DNA of 62,935 bases, counting the filler, from Octopus bimaculoides (Eukaryota): assembly GCF_001194135.2 (NCBI RefSeq). It is 6 parts of 6 records of this genome, joined end to end, with 100 filler letters (N's around TTAATTAATTAA, not from the genome) between each part and the next. Parts side by side here need not be neighbours in the genome. Positions count along the whole stretch, not along the records: positions 25,537 to 28,899 come from NC_068995.1; positions 29,000 to 35,384 come from NC_068996.1; positions 35,485 to 53,559 come from NC_068982.1; 3 more parts are not named here. One strand, given 5' to 3'. The position numbers were made by a program, and so were the translations under genes. The notes below the pieces were generated by a model that saw only the letters and a program-made list of their open reading frames with translations, had not been told where the DNA came from and ran no database searches. This document shows positions 27,638 to 41,843 of the stretch, piece by piece (within the stretch, counting starts at the first letter, position 1; every line of letters starts with the position of its first letter).

Positions 27638-27685
<48 letters not shown>

Positions 27686-30028
27686 TTTTACATTTATGTT
27701 TTACAAGTATACAAATATAATATAGAGAGAGAGAAAAAGAGAGGGGGAGTGGCAGAGGGAGAGGGAGGGTATGCAAAGAGTTCTTCAATTGAATTAATGT
27801 AATAGGTATATACTATGGGTGCTCAATTTTGTTTGACACTAAAACTCCAGCTTGAACTACAATTGAGAAAAAAGTGATGTTGAAATTGCTTATAAGACGT
27901 GGCTAGAAGTTGTTTCTCCTTGAGCGGGTAGATTAAAATTGAAAAAATAAAATTACATTAAAATAGAAAACGAAAAAGCAAAACATTTGGCATCACTCAA
28001 GAAACATTCAAGTAGAGAATATAACCACAGTGTAGAGTAGTTATGATAAACTCTCAATACATATATACATATACATGGACATATATACTTGTTAAAGCCG
28101 CTTCGCAGTCTTTGATGCAATAAAGAATCTTGTATTCTCAGTCGCCATTAATTCCTTACCTTAAATAGCGATTAGTTATGTTTGTAATTTCTTATCTTTA
28201 CTAACGATTAGTTATGCCTGTGCTTCGCCTCCTGACCAAATGTTCAAGGAACTCTACATATTCCAAGATATTTTGCTCTAGAAATTGTCATTACAAATCA
28301 TTTGAAGTTATTGAAAGCTAATTGCACTATCTTTTCTGATAAAACTTTCTTGTCTGTATATTTTGGGGATGAGAGAGCAGTTGTTTTTCTTCGCTTCTCA
28401 ACCACAAATTTCCGAGTTCGATCCCACAACTTAATATCTAGGTTTTATAACCTCGGGTCAGCCCCGAGCTTTCTCATGCAAGTGGATAACAGGAAACTGA
28501 ATACAAGTTCGTCGGGGGGATTGTACTCCTAATTCAAAATGTGCAGTCTTCTCCGAACAATGTCTCGCCATTGCAGTATTACTGATGTAGAAATTGTAAC
28601 AGATGAGGATTGAAACAGCGTTGACTGGTCGGCCTACATCACGTACTAGAATGTTGAGTGAAATATTGAGTATTCCAACACACGCCGCTCATTAGTTCAA
28701 ATTAGTTCAATATACAAGAAAAATGAACAATAGAAGAAAAATTAATAAGGTTATATAAGGAATGATTTTCTTCTTACATACACGTATACATACATATACA
28801 CAAGCATGGATACAAACAAATATATATACACACACACATATATAAATATAACATATATACATATATATGTATACATATATATATATATATATATATATAN
28901 NNNNNNNNNNNNNNNNNNNNNNNNNNNNNNNNNNNNNNNNNNNTTAATTAATTAANNNNNNNNNNNNNNNNNNNNNNNNNNNNNNNNNNNNNNNNNNNNA
29001 AGGCGAGATACGTAGTAGTACAGAGGAAGAACGAGGGGGAGGAGAAAGGAAAGAGAAAGAGAGAGAGAAAGAGATAGAGTAGCGTCGGAGGATAAGTTAC
29101 GAAAACTACTTACAATTTTTGTGAGACGCTGCGTTCAATCATGTAAAAACAAAAGTAAATGAGTATATGCATATATACGTACAGGTATGTGCATACCGAC
29201 ATCCACCTGTATGTATAGGTGCATATCTGGGTACAGGACATTGCAAACAAACGTAGACGAGAACACACGAGCCACATAGAGAACATTCCACTTCATCAGC
29301 TACCCACGTTTCAACACCGGCGTTTCGACGAGCTTCGGGCAGGACGCAATATATATATATATGTGTGTGTGTGTGTGTATATATATATAAGCATACGAAT
29401 ACATGCGTATAGATACACACTTTTAGCCTTTAAACATATTTATATATTTATATCTGAATTAGTAGTTTTATGGTACGTGATTGTTTGCATTTCCTGTATT
29501 TTCAAAATAAATGGGATCTTGGTTACAATTACCGGCAACGAGTTTTCAGTTGTTTGATCAAGTTCTGTTGTAGGATCATAAAACTAACATTCATGTGGTA
29601 TAGTACTCAACAGACACGTGTGATTTTAATGTACTTTTGGGGCAGAATATCCGTGTAAAACACCATGATAAGAGTGACCCTTTGAATTGCGAGTAAAATG
29701 CAATCGACTGTTTTTATACTGATTTTTGTTTAAGATTTTTACTCACAAGATTCTGAGAGACTAGAAAAATGACACTTACCCACAATCCCATGTAATGGGG
29801 ACGAACACAGACCCTATGATGTCCTTAACCATTTGGCCATAACGCATATTCATATTCATACACACATGCATATATGTATGCATGTTCCTACACTAGGATC
29901 CCTAGATCGTATTTATATATTGATAAATATGTGTGTATATATGTATATAATAATCAGAAGACCATTCACTGCATTTTGTTAAAGAGAAAATCTGTCGCTG
30001 TAAATAAAAATGTGTAGACATACCAGAT

Positions 30029-30076
30029 CGATGGATGCATACATTTCGGAATAGTTATCTCCTCTTCAGCAATTCG
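30029..30076 (-). ncRNA. Candidate minimal hammerhead ribozyme
   Basis: UG-CUGAAGA-GGAG-AUAACUA-UUCC-GAA-AUGUAUGCAU-C-CA. Core is intact, stem II has 4 bp, stem III is a quasi-palindrome with an AUC site, and stem I is short and bulged. Confidence 0.55.
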
Positions 30077-30089
30077 GCATTGAATATGC

Positions 30090-30163
<74 letters not shown>

Positions 30164-30877
30164 GTGTGTATGTTTATGTGTCTCTATTGTGCGTTTTCGT
30201 TTGAGAGTGCGTAGATTACGCATGCTCTAACACCTACACATGCGAATATGTATACGTGAGTATTTATTTATTTATCGGTTTCGTTAATTAAAAACACAGG
30301 AAAATTATACGTTATTCTCCGCCTGTTATGCAGGCTTTCAAATATAAGATTTAATCACTAGAGTAAATTTCAATTCTACGGCTACAATACCACACAAGCT
30401 AAATATATGTTATTCGTTATTTAAACTTCCTTCAATGCATAAATCTCATCTAACGACATCATATGATTCTTTCTGCTACTTTTGCCAATATATCTATGGG
30501 AAACCTTCTGTATTCGCATCATATTTTGCGCAATGTCTCCAGTTCCTATCATTTTCTGTCCTTGATTTTATTCCCTTAAATTTTCTCCATCATCTCTCTC
30601 TCTCTCCCTTCTCTCTCTTTCTTTCTCTCTCCTTCTCTCTCTCTTTCTTTCTTTCTCTCTCTCTCTTTCTTTCTTTCTCTCTCTCTTTCTTTCTTTCTCT
30701 CTCTCTTTCTTTCTCTCTCTCTCTTTTCCGCTTTCTCTCCTCTTTCTCTTCCCTCTCTGACATACATTGCTCGCATGTGGCTAGACATGTACAAACAAAC
30801 ACATGGTTGCCTATATATTTCACATACATATCTACTTGATATATAAGAATAAACACACTGTATATACATATACACAT

Positions 30878-30926
<49 letters not shown>

Positions 30927-30927
30927 C

Positions 30928-30964
<37 letters not shown>

Positions 30965-31303
30965 GTAAGCACATTTATATATGTTTATTTATAAGTGCAT
31001 TTATATATATGTATATATATGTTTATAAATATATGTGTGTGTGTATACGTATATATAAACATACATATATGTAGGTGTCAACTCTTAACTATATATAAAT
31101 AAGGGTGTATGTGTGTGTGCTGTTGTGAGTGTGTTTGTGTGTGTGCTGTTGTGAGTGTGTGTATTATATTGCCTTGTGTTCAATTGTTATAATTCAACAA
31201 GCAGTTATATATACGCTTTTGCTTGGAAAGGAATATTCAAGTGCATTTATGATTTGCCGTGGCTGTAGTTGAACATAAGATCTGAAGGTCTCCACACCCA
31301 GAC

Positions 31304-31351
<48 letters not shown>

Positions 31352-32823
31352 GCATGTGTGACTTTGAAAGCAAATATGCATGTGCAAAAAGAAAGCAGCA
31401 ATGTATATTTGCATAGTTATGCGCGCGTGTGCGTGCATGTATACGTATATGATTATGTACGTTTGTATGTATGCGTGCACGCATTTATATATGTGCATAT
31501 AGATATGTGTACGTGCACACACATATATGCATACGTATATATATGTACGATAAGGTATGTCTTTGCTTTCATGTATGCAGCTAATATTTGTTTATAAAGA
31601 TACGCATATATTTATGTAGATGTGTTTGTGTGCCAGGGTGTGTAGTCCTTTAGATCTTTCTTCAACTATATATATNNNNNNNNNNNNNNNNNNNNNNNNN
31701 NNNNNNNNNNNNNNNNNNNNNNNNNNNNNNNNNNNNNNNNNNNNNNNNNNNNNNNNNNNNNNNNNNNNNNNNNNNNNNNNNNNNNNNNNNNNNNNNNNNN
31801 NNNNNNNNNNNNNNNNNNNNNNNNNNNNNNNNNNNNNNNNNNNNNNNNNNNNNNNNNNNNNNNNNNNNNNNNNNNNNNNNNNNNNNNNNNNNNNNNNNNN
31901 NNNNNNNNNNNNNNNNNNNNNNNNNNNNNNNNNNNNNNNNNNNNNNNNNNNNNNNNNNNNNNNNNNNNNNNNNNNNNNNNNNNNNNNNNNNNNNNNNNNN
32001 NNNNNNNNNNNNNNNNNNNNNNNNNNNNNNNNNNNNNNNNNNNNNNNNNNNNNNNNNNNNCATATATATATATTGCATACATATATTCATATGTAGGTGT
32101 GCTCACTACTCAGCGGTAATCTCACAGTGCTAAAGGAATCGGGCGATTTCTGTAGTATTCCATCTAAGCCGTAGTTAAGCCTCGTGTGATTCACGGAAAA
32201 AGCAAGCAGGAAATACGGTAAGATGTTATATTGCTTGTCTCTGTAGAAAGTAGCAGCATTGTTTCTATCGAGGAATTATAAAACTTCCTTCACCCAAAGC
32301 GTCCCTCTGTGACGGGTTGGGATCTATCCGCTTCGACGCTCAAGGCTCTTCACCGGATTAGTGAATTACGATATTAGACATGACAGGACGAACATCACCG
32401 TAGTCGAAGTAGATGTATATTCTGACAACATCCAGTCGTGTTTTAGAACTGTTCAGACTGAGGTGGAAATGTCAGGAACTGAACACGGCGTACAAACGTC
32501 TTGAGGTCAGCACAGCAACATGTCCACTTTTACCTCATTCTCTACATTTCATTTGTTAAGATTTTTTATTTCATTTTATTTTATTAGCATTTTATTAATA
32601 ATATTCCTTGTTGTCGTTATCTTTCCTTTGGTGAACTGTCTCTTCTCTTTCATTTGTCGGCTTCTTTGTTTGTTTGCTTTTTATTTGCTTTTGTTAATGT
32701 CGAATCCTATCCTCCGTAAAGTATATAAATTTTCTCTATAATGTACATCAACACACACATACATCCAAACGCATTTGTGGTGTTTATATACGTATATATT
32801 GTATGTGTGTTTAACACACACAT

Positions 32824-32869
<46 letters not shown>

Positions 32870-35484
32870 GCACACACACACACACATATATATATATACG
32901 AGAGAGAGAAAGAAAGAGAAAGAAAGAAAATAGATGTCTAGACAAATAGATAAGATGCCCTTAATATGCGCGTTTATATAAGTGTTAAAACTGCCCAGTT
33001 CATTAAGTGAAAATATAGTCTCAATCACTACTGCTTGAAATATATCTAATGTATAAAGGCAATTGAAAGTAATGTTGCTTTTAATGACTCATAATTGATC
33101 TGGCTTGATTTTAAATGAAAATAATAAAAGTTTTCTTAGTGGTGTCACGTGGACAGTGGATTAAATTATCAAATGACAAGAGGCAAGGTGAAATGCTGAC
33201 TAGATCTATAAATAAGAGCGAAGGCATGAATTGAACATTTTAATCGACTGCTTTTTAAACTTAGTTGAACCTCGCTATGCTTACTGTCCTCTTGTTGATA
33301 ACAAAAAATCTGCTGATACTTCAAATATTATCGGAAAAGAAAATTTGATACACTTATAACATCGAGGTTTTGACAGTATTTTCAAAGCATTATATTTTAT
33401 TTGTATATTATCCTCATACTGATGCAGACAACTGTGATCAGATTTATGCAAATTTGGATTTGTAGAGGACTATTATAGACATTTAGGTCAAACAGTATTT
33501 TAAAGCTTTTTATCTTACACTTCTGAAATATTATAAGGAGGAATATAAGCACACAAAATAACGTGCAACAATTTAATACATTTGAGGGTATTGCGACTAA
33601 AGCCTCATTAAAGCGAAATATGTGCCTGCTGCTTTTCTGTTCATCGTAAATGATATAAATGCATTTAAATATCTTAGATTTTTCTATACCTCATCAACAT
33701 TAGTTCTATGAACAATAACACTCTTGTAGTTCTATGTTAGCAACGTCCAAGATAGGTATGTCACTGTTACCGGGAATCTACAAATATCATTATAAATTGT
33801 TTTCATACGGTGTGCAATATTTTAGCATAACAGTTTATTTTCCAGTTCACTTTTCAGAAAGTGAGGTGTTCGTATAAAACTTGATTTCTTTTGGTTAAGC
33901 ACGGTGATTTTGTATTTCATAAGAGAACAAGTGATCTACTTTTTTTTACAATTCTAGACAGATCAACGTTATCAAACACATTTCCTTTCATTTCATAGAC
34001 TTCTAACAGTAATGAAATGAATTATTATCAGTTTAGTATATCTTGTTATATTGAGCGATCGAAGTGGTCTTCGACCTTTTAATGTGTTAACTAGATTAGA
34101 GAATATACTCACTGGATGACGCAATCAGCGCGATTTCAGATAATATAATACGATTGTAGAATTGCTGTCAATACTAAAAATTAACAAACGACAGTATGAT
34201 TGGTTAAGGAACCTTATTACAGAAGAAGTTAACTTCCTTGTCCATACAATTCCTGTAATTTTCAAACAATGAAACTTTTAGCAAGCCTTTTGATACCACC
34301 TTAACTTTAGCTAACCTTGACTATTATGTATGTTGTTCAAAGGGAAAAACAAAGGATGTATGATGAACATGTATAGTTTATAAACATTTAATTAATTTTC
34401 GTTTTTAGCCGAAGTTGTTTTTACATGATGAAAAAATACGAAAAATATATTTATACGTAAATGATTTAAAATTAAGTAAAACAAAAATGGCCCTCGTGGT
34501 AGTAGGATCGTGGCTTTGATTCACAGATTGAGGGTTGTGAGTGTTTTTTGAGCGAAAATGCCTAAAGTTCCACGCGGCTCCGGCAGGGGATGGTGGTGAA
34601 CCTTGCTGTACTCTTTCACCACAACTTTCTCTCACTCTTTCTTCTTGTTTCTGCTGTACCTGTATTTCAAAGGGCCAGCCTTGCCACACTCTTTGTCACG
34701 CTAAAACTCCCCGAGAACTACGATAAGGGTACACGTGTTTGTGGAGTGCTCAGCCAATTTATACGTTAATTTCACAAGCTGGCTGTGATTTATAACTGAT
34801 GGTGGTGTGTTTACCTCCCCATAACTTAACATAAGGGACCAATAGACTAAGCTCCATGCTTCAAAACCCAAGTCCTGGGGTTGATCTGTTCGACTGAAAC
34901 CCTTCAAGGCAGTGCCTCAGTATGGCTGCAGTCAAATAATTGAAGCAAATATATGATAAAAGATGAAAAACACAGGAGGATGGCTTATGCAAATTCAGTG
35001 TTTTGATCCGAATGTATGACTGAATGCTCTACTCTTTTAAAATCTATTATCATATTTCAGAGATGGTTATACTTTTTTACACATCATTTGTGTTACCGAC
35101 ATTTTATTTAGGAATACCGCTAATAAACAGTAATACCTGCAAGAAATTTCCAATCACGTCTTTTGGTCTATTGAAAATTTCATATGGCTGTATTTTTTTC
35201 TCCGAGAGAACAAAAATAACACGTAATGTATTATTGTAAAATGACGTACTTCTACAAATGGACAGTTTCATTTTACAATTGTTAGTATGATAATCATTCA
35301 AATTGCTGCTATCTTTGAAGAATGAAGTCGTGAGTAATTTTTCTGAGTATCTTAATGGGTGTATATATATATATATATATATATNNNNNNNNNNNNNNNN
35401 NNNNNNNNNNNNNNNNNNNNNNNNNNNNTTAATTAATTAANNNNNNNNNNNNNNNNNNNNNNNNNNNNNNNNNNNNNNNNNNNN

Positions 35485-35540
<56 letters not shown>

Positions 35541-36511
35541 GCATATATACAACAATCCTGTTTTAGTTTCCGTCGACCAAATCCACTCACAATGCTATGG
35601 TCGACCCGAGGCTATAATAGAAGGCACTTGCCCAAGGTGCCGCGCAGTGGAACTGAACCCGGAACCATGTGGTTAGGAGGCAAGTTTCTTACTACACAGT
35701 CACGTCTGCACCTATTTACAGAGATATATTTAATTATGTCATAATTTAGTCAGAGTGGTAGAAGCGTCTTTTAAACATTACACCTACATTTTGTTGAATA
35801 ATGGCAACATTGTTGTCTCAACTTTCAGCATTGAGTGAAAATCTTGAAAGGAAGGAAAAAATATTAGGCATTAAAGAGTTAACACAACAATTCTTGCTCA
35901 TTTAGAGTAGAGAGCTGTGTAACGCTTTCACACACTGTCACCCAATCAACGAATAAATATACACCCGTTTCTTGCTTGTCAGCCCAACTAAATAGTTTAC
36001 TTTTATGGTTTTTCCAAGAACTAATACGCTCAATAACTCCTATTTTATCCAGATTTTTCTTAGAGGTGGAAACTGAAGACGATCATCAACGGCACCGTCT
36101 CAGCGTGAAAGAGAGCCAATTAATGTTATAGATTCTGTCTTTCCTCATCAAGCTAAAATATAAAAAAAATTGTGCTCTGACTGATGAAGTAACTTAAAAT
36201 AAAGGAAGACACGCACACGCATTCATATTCTGCTTCAGGCGAATAAAATTAATATGTAAAAATCATAGCTTATGTTCTTTCCATGAAAGAAATCAGTTTA
36301 GAAATTACAGACAGTTAGAGGAAATAAAACGAACCAGCAATATGAAATGTTATCATTTGGATTTATGCAGCATGTAATATTCATCGAGTCGAGAACACTC
36401 AGATAATTTAGAAAAACGTTAATATATTGAAAGACATATGCCAAATTAATAACAAACTCACCAGTTTCTGTTATGATATCCTTCGGCAATATCAAAGATT
36501 TTAACATGGAA

Positions 36512-36545
<34 letters not shown>

Positions 36546-37137
36546 NNNNNNNNNNNNNNNNNNNNNNNNNNNNNNNNNNNNNNNNNNNNNNNNNNNNNNN
36601 NNNNNNNNNNNNNNNNNNNNNNNNNNNNNNNNNNNNNNNNNNNNNNNNNNNNNNNNNNNNNNNNNNNNNNNNNNNNNNNNNNNNNNNNNNNNNNNNNNNN
36701 NNNNNNNNNNNNNNNNNNNNNNNNNNNNNNNNNNNNNNNNNNNNNNNNNNNNNNNNNNNNNNNNNNNNNNNNNNNNNNNNNNNNNNNNNNNNNNNNNNNN
36801 NNNNNNNNNNNNNNNNNNNNNNNNNNNNNNNNNNNNNNNNNNNNNNNNNNNNNNNNNNNNNNNNNNNNNNNNNNNNNNNNNNNNNNNNNNNNNNNNNNNN
36901 NNNNNNNNNNNNNNNNNNNNNNNNNNNNNNNNNNNNNNNNNNNNNNNNNNNNNNNNNNNNNNNNNNNNNNNNNNNNNNNNNNNNNNNNNNNNNNNNNNNN
37001 NNNNNNNNNNNNNNNNNNNNNNNNNNNNNNNNNNNNNNNNNNNAGAGAGAAAGAGAGGGTAGAAGTTATATTAGAAGTAAATATAATATAAGGATTTATA
37101 AAAAGTTACTAGTTTTATGCTTAGAGAAACGTAATAA

Positions 37138-37174
37138 CTTTTAACGTTTTGGAGTCAGTTCTTCATCAGAAAAA
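37138..37174 (-). ncRNA. Degenerate minimal hammerhead ribozyme (G12A)
   Basis: UUUU-CUGAUGA-A-GAACUGACUCC-AAA-ACGU-U-AAAAG. CGAAA has become CAAAA, consistent with CpG decay; the ACGU palindrome and stem I are retained. Confidence 0.45.
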
Positions 37175-38686
37175 AAGAAGGAAGGAGAAAACAGAAAAAC
37201 ACGAACGGGAAGAAAAAACATAGAATTGAGAGAGAAAATTCCACGTGTTGACAAGATCACTGTCATCCTGAAAGGGACGCGGAAGTGAGGAGAAAGAACG
37301 TGATGTTTCGTGTCAGTCAAATGACTGAAACAAATAAAAGAAAATGAGTAAAAGAATATATACGCGTGTGTGTGTATACGTAAATGATTTAAGACTGAGA
37401 TTTTATCATGCAGCTACTCAAAATTTCGTGTTTCTGCTTTTCACTCTACTCAAAGTCATAAATTTTCTCTACATTTCTCTTTTATATATGCCTATGTCTT
37501 GTGTCAATGTGTTCACATGTATCCTGTTGTTGCCAAAAAAATAAAAATAAAATCATACGGCACTTTCCTGAATGGCTTGTCGATACTTCGAAATTATTTC
37601 TCCTCCCTGTCCGGAGTCGATCACAACTGCCACGAAGTGTCTCTTTACTCCTTCTCGAAGCCAAGATATTTTCAATACATCAAGCAATTATCTTATATGG
37701 CATTTATTATGCCTTTCTTCGCCTTTGTAGTTTAAATTCATGCCAGTGGTCCTTCTGAATCATTTCCATTAGCTCATCTTTTTTTTTTCTCTCTCTCTCT
37801 CTGTCTACACACATGCATGCATGTATGCATGCATACATACATACATACATACATACATATACACACACACGTACATATATATATATATAAATACATACAA
37901 ACATGTACGTACGGACATGTATATATATATATGTGTGTACACACACATACACTCAGAAATATATATACATATACGTATACATACATATACATTTAAAGTG
38001 TACGTTTGTGTATGTACGTGTACGTGTGTGTGTATGATTGCTTGAATGTGTCTGTGTGTGTGCTTGCGTGTATATTATTGTGTTGTATGATGATTTAGTT
38101 AACGAGAATACAAAATACATGAGATGTGGTGAAGTCATAATGTTCATTGAAAATTCAATATCGTCTTCATTATTTAAACATTCTCCAGACGATTGGTGAT
38201 TCAAATGAAAAAAAAAGAAGAAAATATCAGACTCTAACGAATTGAGCGATCGTTCATCTTACATTTATATAATGGTGTTGTCTACTAGATGTCGTTCGGT
38301 GAACTATGAAAACAATTCGGAGATATCGGTTTGTTGTGTTGTTCCAGTCGAGCTCTGGTTGAGCAGACTCGTGGCACGTAGGCAGTCATCCATCAGTTTA
38401 TATTAACATATTTATTGTAGCGTGAAAATAAATGTCTAATACTATTTCAATTATTTCAGTTACAACGTGTGTCAACTCCATTTATACTTCTGTGTTATCA
38501 GACATTGTAGTTGCCGAAGTATTGATGGGAGAATTTTGAAAGTAGATGTACAGTATTGTAGACGCTTTTGAGTGGAAAATTAGTATATTTAAAAATAAAT
38601 TACCAAGATTTATTACCCAGAGACTCCTCTAGAGGTAAGAATACGTTTCACAAAAAGACACGTGTAGTATGTGTATATGAATAAAA

Positions 38687-38904
38687 TATGAGGGGATGCT
38701 GAAAAGTTCCTGACTTTGAGTAAAAGAAAATACAGGATCAGTTAATTATGATTTTATTCAACATACACCTCTCTCAGATTCACACATTTATTGTAGCGGT
38801 CCTTCAGTTTTCCTAAGCGCTGTTAAAGAACTCGGAAAGTTGGGCCTTCAACCAGGCCTTTCGCAATATCCTTAAAGCCAGGAACTTTTCAGCATTCCCT
38901 CGTA
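38687..38904 (-). mobile_element. Mariner-derived MITE, second copy in the opposite orientation
   Basis: Same TIRs and TA ends; the interior is the reverse complement of 10421-10640. Confidence 0.85.
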
Positions 38905-40120
38905 TATGCATTTAAGCAAAAATTTGGAAGTGTTGGAAATTGAGTGTGTAAAAAATTTCTAACAGAGTGAGGTGTTTTTAAAAGATGTAAATACAGAGAA
39001 AATATGTCTCAAATATTTAAGTTTTCTGACTTTTCAACCATGTGATATACGCAATGCTTGAATTAACCTTTCGGAAATACATACTTGCTAAATAAGTGCT
39101 TCGAAGCATGTTTGCAATGACTTAACATTTCTGATCTTTAATTTAATCTGTTGTTGTCTTGATATATAATAAATGATTTCTTATTTAAGTAGAGTTTCTG
39201 GTGTAAATGTGAAGGAACACTATTATCTTCATAGAAGGTCGCGAGGTCAAGAATTAATCATCAGAATTGAAACACCGCCGGTCTTACTTTTTTAATCCAA
39301 ATGTAATTGGGAAGGCTTATGGGGCATTTTGCCAGTTGTACGACTATATTGATAAAGTGCATGATTATATTTATAAGAGCGAACTTNNNNNNNNNNATAT
39401 ATATATATATATATACATACACAAAAAATCTATAATTATAAGCATAGTTATAATTAGAGCTCAGCAAATTGCTTCACCACATGCTGAAATTTAGAAATAG
39501 CAGTTAAATACTATTCCTCTACCATAATACGAGCGCGCACACACACACATATGGCGGGCTTCCACAAAATTTCCGTTTACCAATTCCACTCACAAGGATT
39601 TGATCAGCCTGGTGCTATAATAAACGACATTTGTTCAAGGTGCCATTCAGTGGGACTGAACCAGAAACCATGTGGTTGCAAGGCGAGCTTCTCAACCACG
39701 CAGTCATGCCTGCATCTATTGTAGCTATAGTGAAATATAACGACTCACGCCAGAGGTAATATCTAAATTGAAATATAAACAATTGACTCAGTATAGTTAC
39801 ATAAATATTTCGAATACATTCACATTGCACATATACCTAATTTATTTAATTCCAGAAGCTAAAAGGATAGATGTGAACATTCGTAGGATTGTATATTTTG
39901 TAACGAAATGTGTAAGAAAGCAGACTAGCTGGAAGGTAAGTGCCTTAAACTCAGCACCTCTTACCTGCCAAGTGGACACTATACAATCTGGAATATTTTT
40001 TGATTTATTTTCAGTAATATTAAAATAATTTATTTTTCTATATTTAAGAGATGAGGAATTATGTACATTATTTACATTATTTACACTAGACAGATATTTG
40101 TCCTCATCTTGTTTGTTGTT

Positions 40121-40166
40121 AACACAAAGTTTCGGCTGATATACCCTCCAGCTTTCATCAGGTGTC
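40121..40166 (-). ncRNA. Minimal type I hammerhead ribozyme (left arm of palindromic element), weakened
   Basis: GACAC-CUGAUGA-A-AGCUG-(10 nt)-CAGCC-GAAAC-UUU-GUGUU. Core and stem I are intact. The first stem II pair is A.C, and stem III reads ACUU rather than palindromic ACGU. Confidence 0.75.
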
Positions 40167-40213
40167 TTGGGGAAATTTCGAACCTGGATTCTCATTCCTA
40201 AGGTATTTTTCGA

Positions 40214-40277
<64 letters not shown>

Positions 40278-40357
40278 GTTATTATTACTATTATTATTAT
40301 CATTATAACATCGAAAAATACCTTAGGAATGAGAACCCAGGTTCGAAATTTCCCCAA

Positions 40358-40400
40358 GACACCTGATGAAGGCTGGAGGGTATATCAGCCGAAACATGTT
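40358..40400 (+). ncRNA. Minimal type I hammerhead ribozyme (right arm of palindromic element), stem I damaged
   Basis: GACAC-CUGAUGA-A-GGCUG-(10 nt)-CAGCC-GAAAC-AUGUU. Core and 5-bp stem II are perfect, but the region after GAAAC is 3 nt shorter than in the left copy. Confidence 0.75.
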
Positions 40401-40866
40401 AACAACAAACAAGATGAGGACAAATATCCGTCAAACGTAAATAATGTACTTTATTTTTATTTGACATTCATTATTGGTGTTCAACAGTTTCCTATTCTGT
40501 CAAAACAACAGTAGCATCGTCCCCTTTGGGACCAGCACATCTAGTTGGCAATTATATATGTATATATATATAAATGAAAGTATCCAGTATTATAGATGCA
40601 TTTCAACCGATCTTACCAATCAGTTTCGCACTGGGTATTAAATAACTGTGCAACAGCACGGTCACCGGGAGTGCGAACCGAATTATAAGATTAGTTGAAA
40701 AGGATTTATAAAACTGTTTGCTTTGATTGATATATCTAGTCTCTTGACAAACATACGAGTACACATCATTTCTGATTTACGGAATGTTAGACGACTACAT
40801 CTGTGTATGTAGTACGTACATATGTATGTATGTATGTATGTATGTATCTCTCTCTCTCTCTTTCTC

Positions 40867-40978
<112 letters not shown>

Positions 40979-40984
40979 AGGTCA

Positions 40985-41843
40985 TAGTAAAGAAGCTAAA
41001 GCATACAGAGTGAATTCATTCGGCACAGATTGACCTTGAATTCTGCTGTGTATGCGCACTAAGTTTTAACGTTCTAGCTCATCTGCGCTTTTTACAGAAG
41101 TGCTTGGAATGAACGTGTGTAGCGTGTGATCGTCGCAGTGACAATGACAAAGTTGTCATGACGATACTTGCTCAGATGCCTGCACAAAGTTGCAGAAAGT
41201 GTATGGAGAGGAGTGTATGAGCCGCACGCAAGTGTACGAGTAGTTCAGATGTTTCCAAGATGGTCGAAAGAAATGTCGATATTAACGAACGTTCTGGGAT
41301 ACTTACAACCAGCAGAACTGAGAAAAACATCGCAGATGTGCATGTAGCTGTGAGGGGAAATCGTCGAATCACCATCCATGAGTTATCAGAGGACGTGCAG
41401 ATTAGTTACATTGCATTTCAGTCCATTATCACTGAAGATTTGGGTATGAGACACGTGTCTGCCAAGTGTCTGTGGAAACTGCTTTCAGCTGACCAAAAAG
41501 ATACCCGGGTTTCAGTTGCACAAGATCTCCTTGGTTGTGTCGACAACGATGAAATTTTTTTGAAAACTTTGTGTAGGACTCTGAGCAGATATCGCTAAGC
41601 TTTTGACAAAATTTGATGTAGATTCTCTGCTCAGTTTTCTCTGTCATGGTAAATGCGACGATCACATGCTACACACCTTCTTTCCAAGCATTGCTGTAAA
41701 CAATAGAAGTGAGCTAGAACGTTAAAACTTAGTGGGCATACAAAGCAGAGTTCAAGGTCAATCTGTGCCAAGTGGCTTTGCTCTGCGTGATTTTGCTACG
41801 TCACTATAGCAACAATCCGGATACTTATTGATCAGATCACGTG

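Larger units (their letters stand above)
40073..40448. mobile_element. Non-autonomous palindromic hammerhead-bearing element (two ~145-bp inverted arms around a (TTA)n spacer)
   Basis: 40073-40219 is the reverse complement of 40305-40448, with a handful of mismatches and one 3-nt indel. Confidence 0.85.

Noticed and set aside
29285-29345. Minus-strand GAAAC and CUGAUGA motifs close together
   Set aside because: The order and spacing do not give pairable stems, and position 17 would be G.
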